A DNA stretch of 64,000 nucleotides from Trypanosoma brucei (lineage: Eukaryota), in NCBI GenBank assembly GCA_000002445.1, contig CP000067.1, forward strand, positions 1,088,001-1,152,000. The letters run 5' to 3'. Of this stretch, positions 63,495 to 64,000 are shown piece after piece (position 1 is the first letter of the stretch; every line of letters starts with the position of its first letter). The position numbers were made by a program, and so were the translations under genes. Under the pieces are notes generated by a model. The model had not been told where the DNA came from and made no database searches. It was given only the letters and a program-made list of their open reading frames with translations.

Positions 63495-64000
63495 TCACAA
63501 CTCCGCACCCTCAGAAGGAAATTTCTCAGCGTTCTTTACGTTGGCTCTGTTGTCACTCTCGGTGGACCCACCCTCAGGATGGTGCGCCCCCTCTGTGTGA
63601 CCCACGTAATCCTTCCTGACCTCGTCATAACGTGAGCTAAAGAGTTCTTTTATCCACTTCTCTGTCCTTTCCCTCAGTAAGGAAATGGGCAGGCGATGCT
63701 TCTCTGGAATAAAAAATACCATTGGTCGCTCGCTAGTGTCTGCCTCCATCTGGACCCGAGATTCTTCAGTGACTTCGGCGCCCTCAGGATCAGCGCCGAC
63801 GGCAGCAGCACCCCCTTCAGGCCGAGCCGGTGCCTTCCCCTCTGCCTCCGGCTTCTTCTCCAACATGAGAAATTCCATGAGTTCACGTGTGGAACTCTGT
63901 GTAAGGACATTTACCACGTTGGGAGGCACCACAAGTTCAAACGGCCGGTAGGTCGAGCCTAAAAAGTAGCTGTAAGCATTGTAGAATTTGTCTGCGAACG
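63495..64000 (-). CDS. partial CDS (C-terminal part; the ORF continues beyond the right edge of the window), acidic/Gly-rich tail
   Basis: The reading frame stays open from 63932 to 64000 upstream of the GTG-initiated ORF-track entry. The true start is outside the window. Confidence 0.5.
   Translation of the reverse strand, partial: FADKFYNAYSYFLGSTYRPFELVVPPNVVNVLTQSSTRELMEFLMLEKKPEAEGKAPARPEGGAAAVGADPEGAEVTEESRVQMEADTSERPMVFFIPEKHRLPISLLRERTEKWIKELFSSRYDEVRKDYVGHTEGAHHPEGGSTESDNRANVKNAEKFPSEGAEL

Noticed and set aside
1-64000. Interpretation as a prokaryotic operon or defence island containing a novel system
   Set aside because: Gene content (FG nucleoporin, p24, Rab, C2, SET, kinetoplastid GT family), the absence of Shine-Dalgarno-spaced operons, kb-scale purine/pyrimidine-skewed intergenic tracts and strict strand uniformity all indicate a trypanosomatid nuclear chromosome.

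Overview
This window reads as a chromosome-internal segment of a kinetoplastid genome. Base composition (~47% GC) and gene content fit an African-trypanosome (Trypanosoma brucei-group) chromosome best. It is not prokaryotic. The evidence is as follows. Every long ORF (more than 25 of them) lies on the minus strand with no strand switch, consistent with a single polycistronic transcription unit running right to left. There are no introns. Intergenic regions are purine-rich on the plus strand, meaning polypyrimidine tracts on the coding strand, which is the trans-splicing/polyadenylation signal type of trypanosomatids. Several gene families are kinetoplastid-typical: GT31-like UDP-Gal/UDP-GlcNAc-dependent glycosyltransferases with a type-II signal anchor, and an ApaH-like phosphatase. 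Recognisable products are an FtsJ-like methyltransferase, an FtsH-like AAA metalloprotease, an atypical Rab-like GTPase, C2-domain proteins, an RRM protein, a SET-domain protein, an FG-repeat nucleoporin-like protein, CutA, an ApaH-like PPP phosphatase, a p24/GOLD cargo receptor and a monoglyceride-lipase-like alpha/beta hydrolase. There are also many long conserved-hypothetical ORFs. The most striking structure is a near-identical tandem array at ~37.1-49.1 kb. It holds 2.6 copies of a 4.55-kb cassette, and each copy carries a glycosyltransferase gene plus a 330-aa TRAF-like zinc-finger ORF. The edge copy has a chimeric glycosyltransferase N-terminus. It also lacks an 823-bp segment that sits between 22-bp direct repeats in the other two copies. 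A 7-kb gene-poor, extremely low-complexity island (26.6-33.8 kb) surrounds the Rab-like gene. No rRNA, tRNA, CRISPR array or obvious retroelement was recognised. I see no prokaryote-style defence or operon system. The candidate novel unit is the co-amplified glycosyltransferase/zinc-finger cassette. All functional calls come from motif recognition by eye and need homology searches to confirm.
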